A stretch of 62,525 nucleotides of DNA from Pseudomonadales bacterium (GCA_028281605.1 JANQJO010000085.1:1-62525), one strand, 5' to 3'; counted from the stretch's first letter, positions 1 to 9,044 are shown. Notes: generated by a model not told the origin, from the sequence alone. Translations and numbers: made by a program.

Positions 1-1
1 C

Positions 2-95
2 GCCGACGAGTGAGAGCCGCTGAGTGTATAAATAATACATGATGCGGTCGATCGAGGAAGGCAACAACCATCTAACCTTTCTGAAAGCCGCTATA
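2..95. repeat. Copy 1 of a ~94-bp direct repeat (the window begins at or inside it)
   Basis: nt 2-95 equal nt 265-358 except for one mismatch (gatgCggtcg vs gatgTggtcg). The spacer holds an inverted copy of the repeat end (tatagcggttttcaga, ~230-245) and the short motif gatttggaaccgcgcc (105-120). Confidence 0.9.
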
Positions 96-264
96 AAACA
101 CCCTGATTTGGAACCGCGCCAAATTTTCTAAAGTATGCATTTTGTTTCTTGTTCGGGTGGTGATGTATAAAATGTGTAAGCCATGTTTTTGTATTTGCTT
201 TTTTGGTGAAAGTGTTATAAAAAACCTACTATAGCGGTTTTCAGAATGGTTATTAGATGTAGGT

Positions 265-358
265 GCCGACGAGTGAGAGCCGCTGAGTGTATAAATAATA
301 CATGATGTGGTCGATCGAGGAAGGCAACAACCATCTAACCTTTCTGAAAGCCGCTATA
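265..358. repeat. Copy 2 of the ~94-bp direct repeat, about 75 bp upstream of the ankyrin-protein ATG
   Basis: Direct read-off against nt 2-95 gives a single mismatch. Confidence 0.9.
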
Positions 359-433
359 TTAATTATAAAAGTTAAGCTAAAGTATCTTTCTTTATGACCT
401 ACTTTGCTATTTATTGATCGTGAGCCGAATATC

Positions 434-3400
434 ATGAGTATATCAGTTGAGGCAAATGTAACAGCGGTATGGAGTGGCGCTAAGAGCAATGGTAAACAGG
501 AAAAACAAGGAGTTGTTCAGGTAACAGTAGAGTTGAGCTTTCTGTATTCAGCTTGCCCGCTGCATGATTCTATGATAGGTGCTAACCAATTTGGATTGTT
601 TGGTGATATTGGTCAGTATGATATGGCACTACCTATTGAGAAACCTTTTGTAGATTTGAACACTATAGACTCTATTTCTTCTAAATTTGAGCAAAGAGTT
701 AACACGAATCGAGCAAGTTTGAGAAATGAAGTAGGAAACTTTAAGTTTAACAATAATCAGTTGAACGGTAAAGGAAGTCATCTTGTTCAAAAGAGCTGCT
801 CTAGAACACTCGATGCCCTGTTGTGTATGGCTGTTGCAGAGGGAGATTACGAAACAGCTGTAAATTTGATTGTAGATGGTGCAAATCCTCAGCGAGAGGT
901 TGAAGGAGGAGGAACAGCCCTAGGGGATACACTCAAATTACTTGAGGGTGACACCCAAGAAAAGTTCCTTGATTTATTTATGGGAGATAAGCCTGCGTCC
1001 GTATCCGTACCACCAGCTAAACGTGAGCCGGAAAAATTAGCTGTTACTGCTAATAGCCTAGCTCCTATAGAGGCATTTGATCTTGTTAAAGATGTATGGC
1101 ACCAGGTAGATCATTTGTATCCCACCCCGGATACACTCAATACTGCCATAGAGTTGACTACAGACCTAATGGCAAGCTCTAATGCTGTTGAAGAAGGTGC
1201 TGCCGCTCGTGTTCGTACATGGTTGGGGCAACTGGTTATTTCACTTATTGAAAAAGGTGCTAGTTGCAGCCTTATAGAGGCTTTATTAGCAGCAGGTGCT
1301 GACCCTAATGTGAAGCAAATAGAAAAAAATGATGGCAGGTTGGGGGATGGTCGTGCATCGCTTTATCAAGCAATTATGAGTGGTCAACCAGAAACGGCAG
1401 AGTTATTATTGAAGCATGGTGCAAGTTTGTCCGATGTAACGATGAACAATAAGACTCCCTTCCATGCTTTAGTGGAAGCTGCAGAATCAATGCAAGTAGC
1501 AGGCCCAGTTTTGAAAGACTTATCTGTAATACTGATGGGTGCTGCTTTAGACTCCGGAAATGATCAATCTTTGGGGAATCTTAGGGAGACTTTGGGTGTT
1601 TGTAATGATGTAGGACGTACGGCATTACAGCAGGCTCAATCTGGTTTGTCTGACTTGCATCGGGTTAGAGTTTCTCAACTTCGTGAAGGTATAGCGCCGC
1701 CGCCTGGGCAGGGCCATCATAGTGAAAACCTCAGTTATTTAGCCGATTGGTTATCTGCTTTTGCAGTAGAAGATCAACAAAATGATAACGCAGCTTCTAT
1801 TATGAGCTCAGATACAGCTGAAATATCGGTTTTATCAGAGCCTTTGGAAGGAGAAGAGTTTACTGCAAATCACATCAGTAAGAGAGAGCCTCTCTCTGGT
1901 AATGATCTTAAGTTTGACTTAAGTATAAACAGTGATAACGAAGATACAAAATCCACAAACACAACAAATGTAGGGGCGAAATCTGAATCAAGTGTTGGTG
2001 AAAATACCGATAAGCCGCTTAGTAGACATGAGGTCAGTAGCAGTAACCATCGTGTGCAAGAGTGGTTGTCGAGCTCGCCGACCGATGTTCCTGCTGAACA
2101 TTTAGATCTACAGGTTGTGCAAGGACCTATAGTTGAAGGTGATGCCAGTGATGATGCGGCTTCAACTTCTTCTACTATTATAGATGATACAGACGCAGTG
2201 TCTGAGCGGGGGCGGGGGCAGCAGGCTTCAATACCGATTCCGCCTCCTGTGAGGCTCGGACCTGACGGCAAATTACAGGCCAATAACCAAGTACCTATTC
2301 CTGACTATTTAAGAGAAGGCGAAGACGCTCCTAAATATACGTATAAAGCCAAGCCTGATATTGAAGGTAACACTTTTATGGGGACAAGCCCTACTGAATT
2401 TGCACAAGCCCTTCAGGCGAGTGTGACAGGTTCAGAAGCCAAAGTCTTTAACTCACTAGCAAGCTTAGTGACGCAGTCTTCACTTGATGTAGAGCGTGTT
2501 GTTGATAGCCTCTCAGAGGACAGTATTCCTTGGGATTGTATAAATAACCCAAAATTTCTTGATGTAGTTGTAAAAAAATTAGAAAATTCTCCTGCTCCTG
2601 TTGATCAAGCATGTGCAAAACAGCTTAGTCTTGAAAAAATTCCTGAAAAAGAAAGTTTTCTTCCAAAAGAGCGTTTTCTCGCGGGGGTGAAGGAACACCC
2701 TAAGAGTGCATTGACGGTTTTATTGAAAGGCTCAAATTATGCAGATGAGAACTTTAAAAAAGAACTTAATAAACTTGAAGGAAAGTTTAAAGGTGATTAT
2801 CAAAAAACTCAAGAACAACGTATTACTGATACTCTACAGCGAGTTTTTCCAAAAGAATTTGTGGAAAAAACTTTAGTTAAAAAACCTGTTATAGGCAATG
2901 CAAGCAGTTTAAGTGATGCCGTTGTTATTCCGTTTGGAGAAGGGAGTAAATCAGCCATTGTGGTTGCTGGCGATGAAGTGTTTGTGACTCACTGGACAGC
3001 TTTATCTAAACACCCCATACTGCTTCCAGTTGATGCTCAGAGTAAATCGTTGGTCTCCGATGGAAAAGTATTTGTTGATACTCTCTTAAATGCCAATAAA
3101 GCTGGGACTCAGCTTTATATGCTCTCTGAAGGTCGAGTAGTAAAACTCATGACACCTATTAATAAGCGAGATATTCTGTATACAAAGAGATCTGTGGAGC
3201 AGCAGTTGCCCATGGACAAGGGGGGACCGAAGCCTCCTTCAGATTTTATGGCTGAGCTTGGTGATAAGGCAGCCAATGGCTTCTTAGCTTCTTTTGGAAG
3301 TAATGAGGATTTTTCAGCGGCATTGATGGACACATTTTTTCCAGTTTCTGAAATGAAAGCTGAAAAAGCCACAGCTCACACAGCATCAACCGTATCAAAA

Positions 3401-4837
3401 CGCAGTGTTGAGATTCCATCGTATTTGCGAGCCGATGGGGCAAAGACCAAGGAGTTTACCTCAAGCCTATCTGATGCAGTTGGAGCAAAAAACCTCCTGC
3501 CTAAGTTACCCAGGTCACTAAACGATGCATTGATGCAATCACTGGGAGGGTTGCAAGCTTTAGGCTCTGATTATACGACAAACGAATCTTTTGGAGGTTT
3601 TGTTGATCACTGGTCTAAAAAACCAGAAACGATTTTGTCGGTAGCGGCCTCAACGGAGCAAGATAGCTCTATCCTTTCAGAAAATGAGTTAAAAGGTACT
3701 GCTTTGGAAATATTGTGCTGTAAATTGAGCCAGTCTAAAGATCCTGTGCATGGATCACTGTTGCGTAGGTTGCAAGATGACAACAGTAGCGAGAGAGAAG
3801 CTTTCTTATCGGGGCTTAAAAACAATGCTGAAATAGAACTCATGGTGGCTAGCAACTTGGATGCATTAAAAATACCTGCTGAAAAAACCCGAGATGTTCG
3901 CATGATCCCCGTTCAGAGGCTTGAGCGGCTTATGGGCATGATTGACTTTAAATCGGATGCAAAAGCAAACAGCGCTGACATACTAGAAACACTGCTGAAT
4001 CACTTACGTAAATCTGCCGAACCAAAAGACAAAAGCTTGTTGAAACAGTTGGAGCAGCCAGGTAATACCATGCGTGATGCTTTTTTATCAAAATCAGGCA
4101 GTGTAGCAGATGATATTGTCAAACAGTGGCTTGATGTTTTAAAATCAGAAAAAGAGATGATCCAGAGAGAATATGAAAGAGATGTTATCCAAATTCAGCA
4201 AAAATTTAACACTCAACAACTCACGGAGCATCTGAGCGCGGTTGGGAAAATTTGTAAGGATAAATTTGAAGCTCAGACAAAGTCTGAGATGGACAGTGCC
4301 CTAAGCAAATATTTCCCCCGGGAGAAAGTCGATCATTTATTGAATGGGCCTACCTTAGGGGCAGTGGATCATGCAAATGGGTTGGTCGTTTTTCCTGACT
4401 TGGATAATAATTCCTACTTGGCCTTGCAAGGAGACAAAGTTTTTGTCGTTTTATGGACAAAATCAAGTCAAACATTTATGGTTGAATTGAATGATGATAA
4501 CAAAGATATATTGACAAGAAAGTTGACAAACCAGGATGAATTTAATGCTATATTTGCCAAAGATGCTGATAGGAAGAGATTCCCTTTATACACCATGGAA
4601 CAAGGTAGAGTTAAAGAAGCTCGTGCTCCTGATAAGGTGTCCGATTTAATGTTTCAAGCGAGCACACAAAAACAGACTACAGTGGGCCAGCCTTCTTCTG
4701 AAGGGGCCCAGGCTCAACAAGCGTCGTTTGTTGCATCACCTGAACAAGCATTAGGCCAAAAGCTAGCAGATCAAGTTTTTAGAGGGAAAGAAGACAGTGC
4801 CATAGCAGAGCTTCTATTGCACAGAGCCTCTAGATAG
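434..4837 (+). CDS. Giant ankyrin-repeat protein, effector-like (1467 aa from the ATG at 434; the track ORF opens at a TTG at 404)
   Basis: The long ORF carries ANK-like segments (AVAEGDYETAVNLIVDGANPQ..GGTALGDTL; LIEALLAAGADPNVKQ; SLYQAIMSGQPETAELLLKHGASLSDVTMNNKTPFHALV). There is an acidic/Ser-rich low-complexity linker and two copies of a C-terminal module. No signal peptide is apparent. Confidence 0.85.
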   Translation: MSISVEANVTAVWSGAKSNGKQEKQGVVQVTVELSFLYSACPLHDSMIGANQFGLFGDIGQYDMALPIEKPFVDLNTIDSISSKFEQRVNTNRASLRNEVGNFKFNNNQLNGKGSHLVQKSCSRTLDALLCMAVAEGDYETAVNLIVDGANPQREVEGGGTALGDTLKLLEGDTQEKFLDLFMGDKPASVSVPPAKREPEKLAVTANSLAPIEAFDLVKDVWHQVDHLYPTPDTLNTAIELTTDLMASSNAVEEGAAARVRTWLGQLVISLIEKGASCSLIEALLAAGADPNVKQIEKNDGRLGDGRASLYQAIMSGQPETAELLLKHGASLSDVTMNNKTPFHALVEAAESMQVAGPVLKDLSVILMGAALDSGNDQSLGNLRETLGVCNDVGRTALQQAQSGLSDLHRVRVSQLREGIAPPPGQGHHSENLSYLADWLSAFAVEDQQNDNAASIMSSDTAEISVLSEPLEGEEFTANHISKREPLSGNDLKFDLSINSDNEDTKSTNTTNVGAKSESSVGENTDKPLSRHEVSSSNHRVQEWLSSSPTDVPAEHLDLQVVQGPIVEGDASDDAASTSSTIIDDTDAVSERGRGQQASIPIPPPVRLGPDGKLQANNQVPIPDYLREGEDAPKYTYKAKPDIEGNTFMGTSPTEFAQALQASVTGSEAKVFNSLASLVTQSSLDVERVVDSLSEDSIPWDCINNPKFLDVVVKKLENSPAPVDQACAKQLSLEKIPEKESFLPKERFLAGVKEHPKSALTVLLKGSNYADENFKKELNKLEGKFKGDYQKTQEQRITDTLQRVFPKEFVEKTLVKKPVIGNASSLSDAVVIPFGEGSKSAIVVAGDEVFVTHWTALSKHPILLPVDAQSKSLVSDGKVFVDTLLNANKAGTQLYMLSEGRVVKLMTPINKRDILYTKRSVEQQLPMDKGGPKPPSDFMAELGDKAANGFLASFGSNEDFSAALMDTFFPVSEMKAEKATAHTASTVSKRSVEIPSYLRADGAKTKEFTSSLSDAVGAKNLLPKLPRSLNDALMQSLGGLQALGSDYTTNESFGGFVDHWSKKPETILSVAASTEQDSSILSENELKGTALEILCCKLSQSKDPVHGSLLRRLQDDNSSEREAFLSGLKNNAEIELMVASNLDALKIPAEKTRDVRMIPVQRLERLMGMIDFKSDAKANSADILETLLNHLRKSAEPKDKSLLKQLEQPGNTMRDAFLSKSGSVADDIVKQWLDVLKSEKEMIQREYERDVIQIQQKFNTQQLTEHLSAVGKICKDKFEAQTKSEMDSALSKYFPREKVDHLLNGPTLGAVDHANGLVVFPDLDNNSYLALQGDKVFVVLWTKSSQTFMVELNDDNKDILTRKLTNQDEFNAIFAKDADRKRFPLYTMEQGRVKEARAPDKVSDLMFQASTQKQTTVGQPSSEGAQAQQASFVASPEQALGQKLADQVFRGKEDSAIAELLLHRASR

Positions 4838-4871
4838 ACTAAGAAAAGTAAAGGAGTCTAACAGATAAGGA

Positions 4872-5222
4872 TTAAAAGGACTCATCTGTGGGTACGTTGC
4901 TGGCTGTGTAGTGCGTATATTGACCATTATTAAAGAAAATACTGGCTTTATAATGCTTGGCAACAGAGCCTTTTTCTAATAACCTGTAGGTATAGTCCCA
5001 TCTGTTTTTATGTAAGCTGTCTTGTATTAAAGGAGTGCCCAGTACGTAACGTACTTGCTGTTTGGTCATGCCTGGTTTTAATTGCTGCAGCATACTTTGG
5101 GTCAAAATGTTGCCTTGAGCAACATCAACTTTGAAAACGCCTGGAAAGGAGCATGCTGATAATAAGATGATGGATGCAAATGTCATGTAGCGCAGCACGT
5201 CTGACCTTATATTTGGTATCAT
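4872..5222 (-). CDS. bamE: Outer-membrane protein assembly factor BamE (SmpA/OmlA lipoprotein)
   Basis: Lipoprotein signal (..ILLSAC) and the motif VDVAQGNILTQSMLQQLKPGMTKQQVRYVLGTP..D..H.NRWDY. It is divergent from fur, the classical fur-omlA arrangement. Confidence 0.85.
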   Translation of the reverse strand: MIPNIRSDVLRYMTFASIILLSACSFPGVFKVDVAQGNILTQSMLQQLKPGMTKQQVRYVLGTPLIQDSLHKNRWDYTYRLLEKGSVAKHYKASIFFNNGQYTHYTASNVPTDESF

Positions 5223-5396
5223 AGCTAAAGGCCTCTAATTAAAAGAAGACATAATTATAGCTTACAAAGTGGAGTATTATGCAAGGCTTGATATAATCGC
5301 CTCTATAGAAGGCTCATGAATGGTTTACTATGAATCGATTTTAATGGTTTTTTAAACTCACTGTTTACTTTTAAACCTGTTTTTTAGGAATATTTA

Positions 5397-5831
5397 ATGT
5401 CTAGTGGAAATCAAGAGCTACGAAAGGTTGGTTTAAAAGTAACCTTGCCTCGTATTAAAATATTGCAAATTTTAGAAACATCTGATCCTCATCACATGAG
5501 TGCTGAGGATGTATATAAGATCTTATTAGAATCAGGTGAAGAAGTGGGCTTAGCCACTGTGTATAGAGTGCTCACTCAATTTGAATCTGCAGGTCTGGTG
5601 CAACGACATAATTTTGATGGCGGCCACGCGATGTTTGAGCTTAAGCGAGGAGAGCATCACGATCATATTCTTTGTTTGGACTGCGGGCATGTTATGGAGT
5701 TTACCGACCCGATCATTGAGTCTCAACAAGAAAAAGTTGCAGAAAACTTAGGCTTTAAGCTGCATGATCATAGTCTCTATCTGTATGGCAAATGCCAAAA
5801 GAAAAAATGTCCACATAAGACGAGTGATTAA
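5397..5831 (+). CDS. fur: Ferric uptake regulator Fur
   Basis: LKVTLPRIKILQIL..., ATVYRVLTQFESAGLV, HHDHILCLDCGHVMEF, and a C-terminal CxxC-like pair (GKCQKKKC). Confidence 0.95.
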   Translation: MSSGNQELRKVGLKVTLPRIKILQILETSDPHHMSAEDVYKILLESGEEVGLATVYRVLTQFESAGLVQRHNFDGGHAMFELKRGEHHDHILCLDCGHVMEFTDPIIESQQEKVAENLGFKLHDHSLYLYGKCQKKKCPHKTSD

Positions 5832-5836
5832 TCTTA

Positions 5837-5935
5837 GGAATGGACACGAAATAACTTTAACATTTTCCGCTGCTGAACTCGCTTCGCTCAAACATGCGTC
5901 CGCTCTAAATGTTAAAGTTATTTCGTGTCCATTCC
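5837..5935 (+). repeat. Family-B structured element: ~28-bp perfect stem plus a conserved ~41-nt loop, probably a bidirectional terminator or 3'-UTR element
   Basis: ggaatggacacgaaataactttaacatt ... aatgttaaagttatttcgtgtccattcc. It starts 6 nt after the fur stop and ends at the stop of the convergent gene. It is homologous to 38716-38816 and 42375-42430. Confidence 0.85.
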
Positions 5936-6751
5936 CTAGCTGGGTGACCTCTTTAAATTGGTACTGTCAAAAATAGCATTCGCATTATTTTCAACGAAGC
6001 CTTGATATGTACGACCGTCAGGTTGTGTAAAACGTTGTGCAAATTCTCGAAATACACTGGGAATAATATGATCGTCAACCTTTGTTTCAAAGGCTAGAGT
6101 TGCCGACTGTTTTAAAAAAGTTTTCTCAGATCCTTTGATTTCGCCGTTTGTTGTATTTAAGGCGATTTTATTATCTTTCAAAAATTGATTGACAGCTTCA
6201 ATATTATCGAAAGTCTCAAGGTGATTGACCGAGATAGTAAAATGATTTGCACAGTAGCCAAATATATAAAACCATGCAGCGTATTCTGAAACCGAAGCCA
6301 ATTTTGTATGTAAGTGCCAATCGATAGGCCAATTGCGACCAGAATAAAAGATATCGTAACTTTGATTGAGCTGTGTTGGTAGGCAGTCCAAGACAGATAA
6401 AAGGGGTTTTTGTAGATCTTTGGGTAATTCTATGACTCGTAGCTCGCTGATGAAAATTTTTGGAGCCTGGCTATCGGGGTGTTCTAAATGAACGGCATTT
6501 AAATGTTTTTCTTTGAAGTCATAATACTCTTTGACATGATAATTTAAGCTTTCTAATAAAGGGATCAATTGCGCCAAACCTACGCTGTTGCAGGCTAATG
6601 TACGAAAAGCCACATGATCATTGACGATTTTCTTCTCTCCATTTTTAAAAAAAAGTTTATCTATGGTTAAAATTTGTGGGCACAAGTCGATATATTGTTG
6701 CCATAGTTGCGCAAAAAAAGGTGTAATGCGCTTGTCGTTGGTGTGTATCAT
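5936..6751 (-). CDS. DUF1338-family protein (2-oxoadipate dioxygenase/decarboxylase HglS/YdcJ-like)
   Basis: The N-terminal pattern (FAQLWQQYIDLCPQ..., NDHVAFRTL) and the length fit DUF1338. Recognised from motifs only. Confidence 0.6.
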   Translation of the reverse strand: MIHTNDKRITPFFAQLWQQYIDLCPQILTIDKLFFKNGEKKIVNDHVAFRTLACNSVGLAQLIPLLESLNYHVKEYYDFKEKHLNAVHLEHPDSQAPKIFISELRVIELPKDLQKPLLSVLDCLPTQLNQSYDIFYSGRNWPIDWHLHTKLASVSEYAAWFYIFGYCANHFTISVNHLETFDNIEAVNQFLKDNKIALNTTNGEIKGSEKTFLKQSATLAFETKVDDHIIPSVFREFAQRFTQPDGRTYQGFVENNANAIFDSTNLKRSPS

Positions 6752-6986
6752 TGGGTTGGACCTATGTAATCAATAAACCTTGGTATCGTGTATTTGTTAC
6801 GTAATTTCTGATTTAAGTTTAGTTGATAAGTTAGATAACGGCTTGTCACCAAGGGTGACTTACAAATTATTACCAGAATAGGCTGTTGATGAAAGTGAGT
6901 GGCTTTTACTCTTTTTATAGAGTGTGAGCGTGTAATCTTAGGGTCAAGTTGCACGCTTATAAAAGTTTAATATTATAAAAAAAAGT

Positions 6987-7076
6987 AGCTATGAGCGATG
7001 TAATTTTCACGGTAACAGCCATGAGCGATACAATTTTCGTCACCCCAAGTGATGAAAATTGTATTTCACGGTAAAT
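6987..7076 (+). repeat. Family-A REP-like element: a hairpin-deleted partial copy followed by a full copy
   Basis: agctatgagcgatgtaattttcacggtaa, then aacagccatgagcgatacaattttcgtcaccccaagtgatgaaaattgtatttcacggtaaat. Hairpin is acaattttcgtcac/gtgatgaaaattgt. Confidence 0.9.
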
Positions 7077-7197
7077 TATATCTGGCTAGCTTATAAGCAG
7101 ATAGGTAAACTTTTTGTTTTAATCGGTTATTGTGATCATCATTCGTGCTTTCGATCATATTTATTATTTTTATACTAGGTTATATTGAAGGTCGGTT

Positions 7198-9003
7198 ATG
7201 TTGGGTTTACTAAAAGACAGTCCTGGTGTGATGAATCATTTTAAAATTTTTTTAAACTTTTGGCTAAAATTTCAGCTAGGATTAGTCTTTTGTTTTGGCA
7301 TGATGATATCTGCCGGTTGTGGTGATCGTGCTGATAGTGCAAGCGGGGGAATCAGCGGTGATATTGTGGCTGAAAGGCCCTTAGTGGGTGGGGGAGAAAC
7401 GAATGCTTTGACTGGTTTGTGGATGATTGATGCCGATGACCCTATTGTGAGTCAATTTGTGCCTGAGCTGGCTGGTATGACTGTTTTATTGGCAGAAGCT
7501 CAAGATCAATCACAATTGGAGTTTTTTCTTTGTCAAAATGGATCACGAATAGATACTTTAAGAAGGCTGGACGATCAATATGTGGTATCAGCGGCTGCTT
7601 TGGGCTTACCTGGTGATATTGCGGTATTAAGAGACGGGGCCAGTGTTTTGATTCGCTTTCCTGTAGAGGGGCTTGGCGATTTTGACCTTCCATTGGTGGC
7701 TGCTCCCAACCAGGGGGCATTTTCATTTTCATGGGAAAATCCTTCTGTAAGTACGGGAGACAGTGATTTACACTGTGGTCGCGTGGTTCAGGATGCGCAA
7801 ACTGGCGTTATGCTCACTTCGGCGGATGTGATTAATGATCACATTATGTTAACAAAGCTGAATTATCCAAATGGATTGATTCGACAGACGGATGTGTCTC
7901 AAATCGCTGTCATGTTGGCAAGTGCTTTATTACCTGAATGGGGTCATAGCGCTGAATTAACTGTGGTACAAGGTGCTGCCAGTGTTATAGCTTGTGATGC
8001 TCAACAGTTAAGTTTGCGCTTAGCGAGTCAGGAATATGGCTTGCTCTATGAGTTGACTCATGCTTTACAGAGCTCTATCACTTGCCCAGAAAACTCAGAC
8101 ATTTTGGTGCCCGATGACCCACCTATTGTTGATGATGCACCGTCAATTCCTATTGTTCCTGATGATCCTCCACCTGCATCCGATGGACCCAATAATAGTG
8201 TTGATATGCCTGTAGAAGATCCTGTTCAGCCAGTGCCGACTCCTACTGAGCCGGAACCTGCACAAGACTTGGCTAAATGTGATGCCTCAGCTGCCAGAGA
8301 AGCTTTGACGGGTGTTTGGGCTTTAAGTGAGCTTGCACAATCTTTGCTGAATTTAGTTGCAGGGCAGTTTCCTGAATTATTAGAGCAGGCAGGTAATACG
8401 ATCTTTTTTGTTGATCAAGGCCAGCGAGTGCAAGCAACTGTGTGTCAAGATACGCGAGTCCGTATTAATTTAAATCGCAATGGTCAGAATTTGGAGTCAC
8501 CTGAACTCAGTAGCTTGTTAGCCGGTGCTGCTGATTCTGGTCTTGCCATATCTGGTGTGAAAATTGTTAACGATGATGTGGTCAGCCTTGATTTGCCAGT
8601 GATCGATTTAAACTTTGAAAAAAATCCGATTGGTACTTCTAAAATGTGTTTTGAATTTGATAATCAACCACAACTGCCTGAATCAGAAGTGGTGTGTACT
8701 GCAGTGTTTGATAATGGATTGAAATTCAGTATCGCATTAGATAATCAATTAATGGAAATGATCATCAGTTTGCAGCAACAGCCTGTAGCAGGTACTTATA
8801 CGCTTGGTGAAAATGAAGTACTTGCGACTTTGATTTCGGAGCGTTTTATTCAAACTTATGGTACTGATACTGTGCTTGTGAAAGAGGGCGCGTTTACAAT
8901 ACAGGCAATCACCATGCTTGGTTTGCTTGGACACTTCAATTTCATCTTACCTGATGGCCAAGTGCTGAAAGGTACTTTTAATAATCGTGCTGATAGAATT
9001 TGA
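7198..9003 (+). CDS. Hypothetical lipoprotein with two related halves joined by a Pro/Asp-rich linker
   Basis: Signal/lipobox-like N-terminus (..FGMMISAGCGD). Linker is PDDPPIVDDAPSIPIVPDDPPPASDGP...PTPTEPEP. The halves open similarly (ALTGLWMIDADDP vs ALTGVWALSELAQ). Confidence 0.7.
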   Translation: MLGLLKDSPGVMNHFKIFLNFWLKFQLGLVFCFGMMISAGCGDRADSASGGISGDIVAERPLVGGGETNALTGLWMIDADDPIVSQFVPELAGMTVLLAEAQDQSQLEFFLCQNGSRIDTLRRLDDQYVVSAAALGLPGDIAVLRDGASVLIRFPVEGLGDFDLPLVAAPNQGAFSFSWENPSVSTGDSDLHCGRVVQDAQTGVMLTSADVINDHIMLTKLNYPNGLIRQTDVSQIAVMLASALLPEWGHSAELTVVQGAASVIACDAQQLSLRLASQEYGLLYELTHALQSSITCPENSDILVPDDPPIVDDAPSIPIVPDDPPPASDGPNNSVDMPVEDPVQPVPTPTEPEPAQDLAKCDASAAREALTGVWALSELAQSLLNLVAGQFPELLEQAGNTIFFVDQGQRVQATVCQDTRVRINLNRNGQNLESPELSSLLAGAADSGLAISGVKIVNDDVVSLDLPVIDLNFEKNPIGTSKMCFEFDNQPQLPESEVVCTAVFDNGLKFSIALDNQLMEMIISLQQQPVAGTYTLGENEVLATLISERFIQTYGTDTVLVKEGAFTIQAITMLGLLGHFNFILPDGQVLKGTFNNRADRI

Positions 9004-9005
9004 AT

Positions 9006-9044
9006 ACTATAGTGAGACTCAGAGTGATTCGATATTTATTTTTT
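9006..9044 (+). repeat. Family-G half element (solo arm), directly after the stop codon of the lipoprotein gene
   Basis: actatagtgagactcagagtgattcgatatttatttttt resembles both arms of the inverted repeat at 35907-36039. Confidence 0.7.

Noticed and set aside
253-489. 78-aa minus-strand ORF
   Set aside because: It lies across the 94-bp direct repeat and the start of the ankyrin gene. It has no RBS or recognisable domain, so it is most likely a by-product of the repeat sequence.
1870-3903. Several 65-137-aa minus-strand ORFs inside the ankyrin gene (1870-2283, 3115-3372, 3246-3443, 3607-3903)
   Set aside because: They are antisense shadows of a long, well-supported ORF, with low-complexity or Cys/Ser-rich translations and no motifs.
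5764-5976. 70-aa plus-strand ORF overlapping the fur 3' end
   Set aside because: It reads straight through both arms of the family-B hairpin. The palindromic DNA gives a mirror-like peptide, and the ORF overlaps two well-supported genes.
7018-7074. Mini-ORF inside the family-A repeats (MSD[VTA][IFV]FVT..DEN.. about 17 codons), considered as a leader peptide
   Set aside because: The frame after the hairpin is not conserved between copies: a 1-nt indel in the 61.5-kb copy and different stops at 15.5 kb and 51.3 kb. The apparent peptide conservation is explained by conservation of the nucleotide hairpin.
7125-7145. Fur-box-like sequence ggttattgtgatcatcattcg upstream of the lipoprotein gene
   Set aside because: By hand alignment only about 12 of 16 positions match the GATAATGATAATCATTATC consensus. 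That is too weak to call without a scoring matrix.
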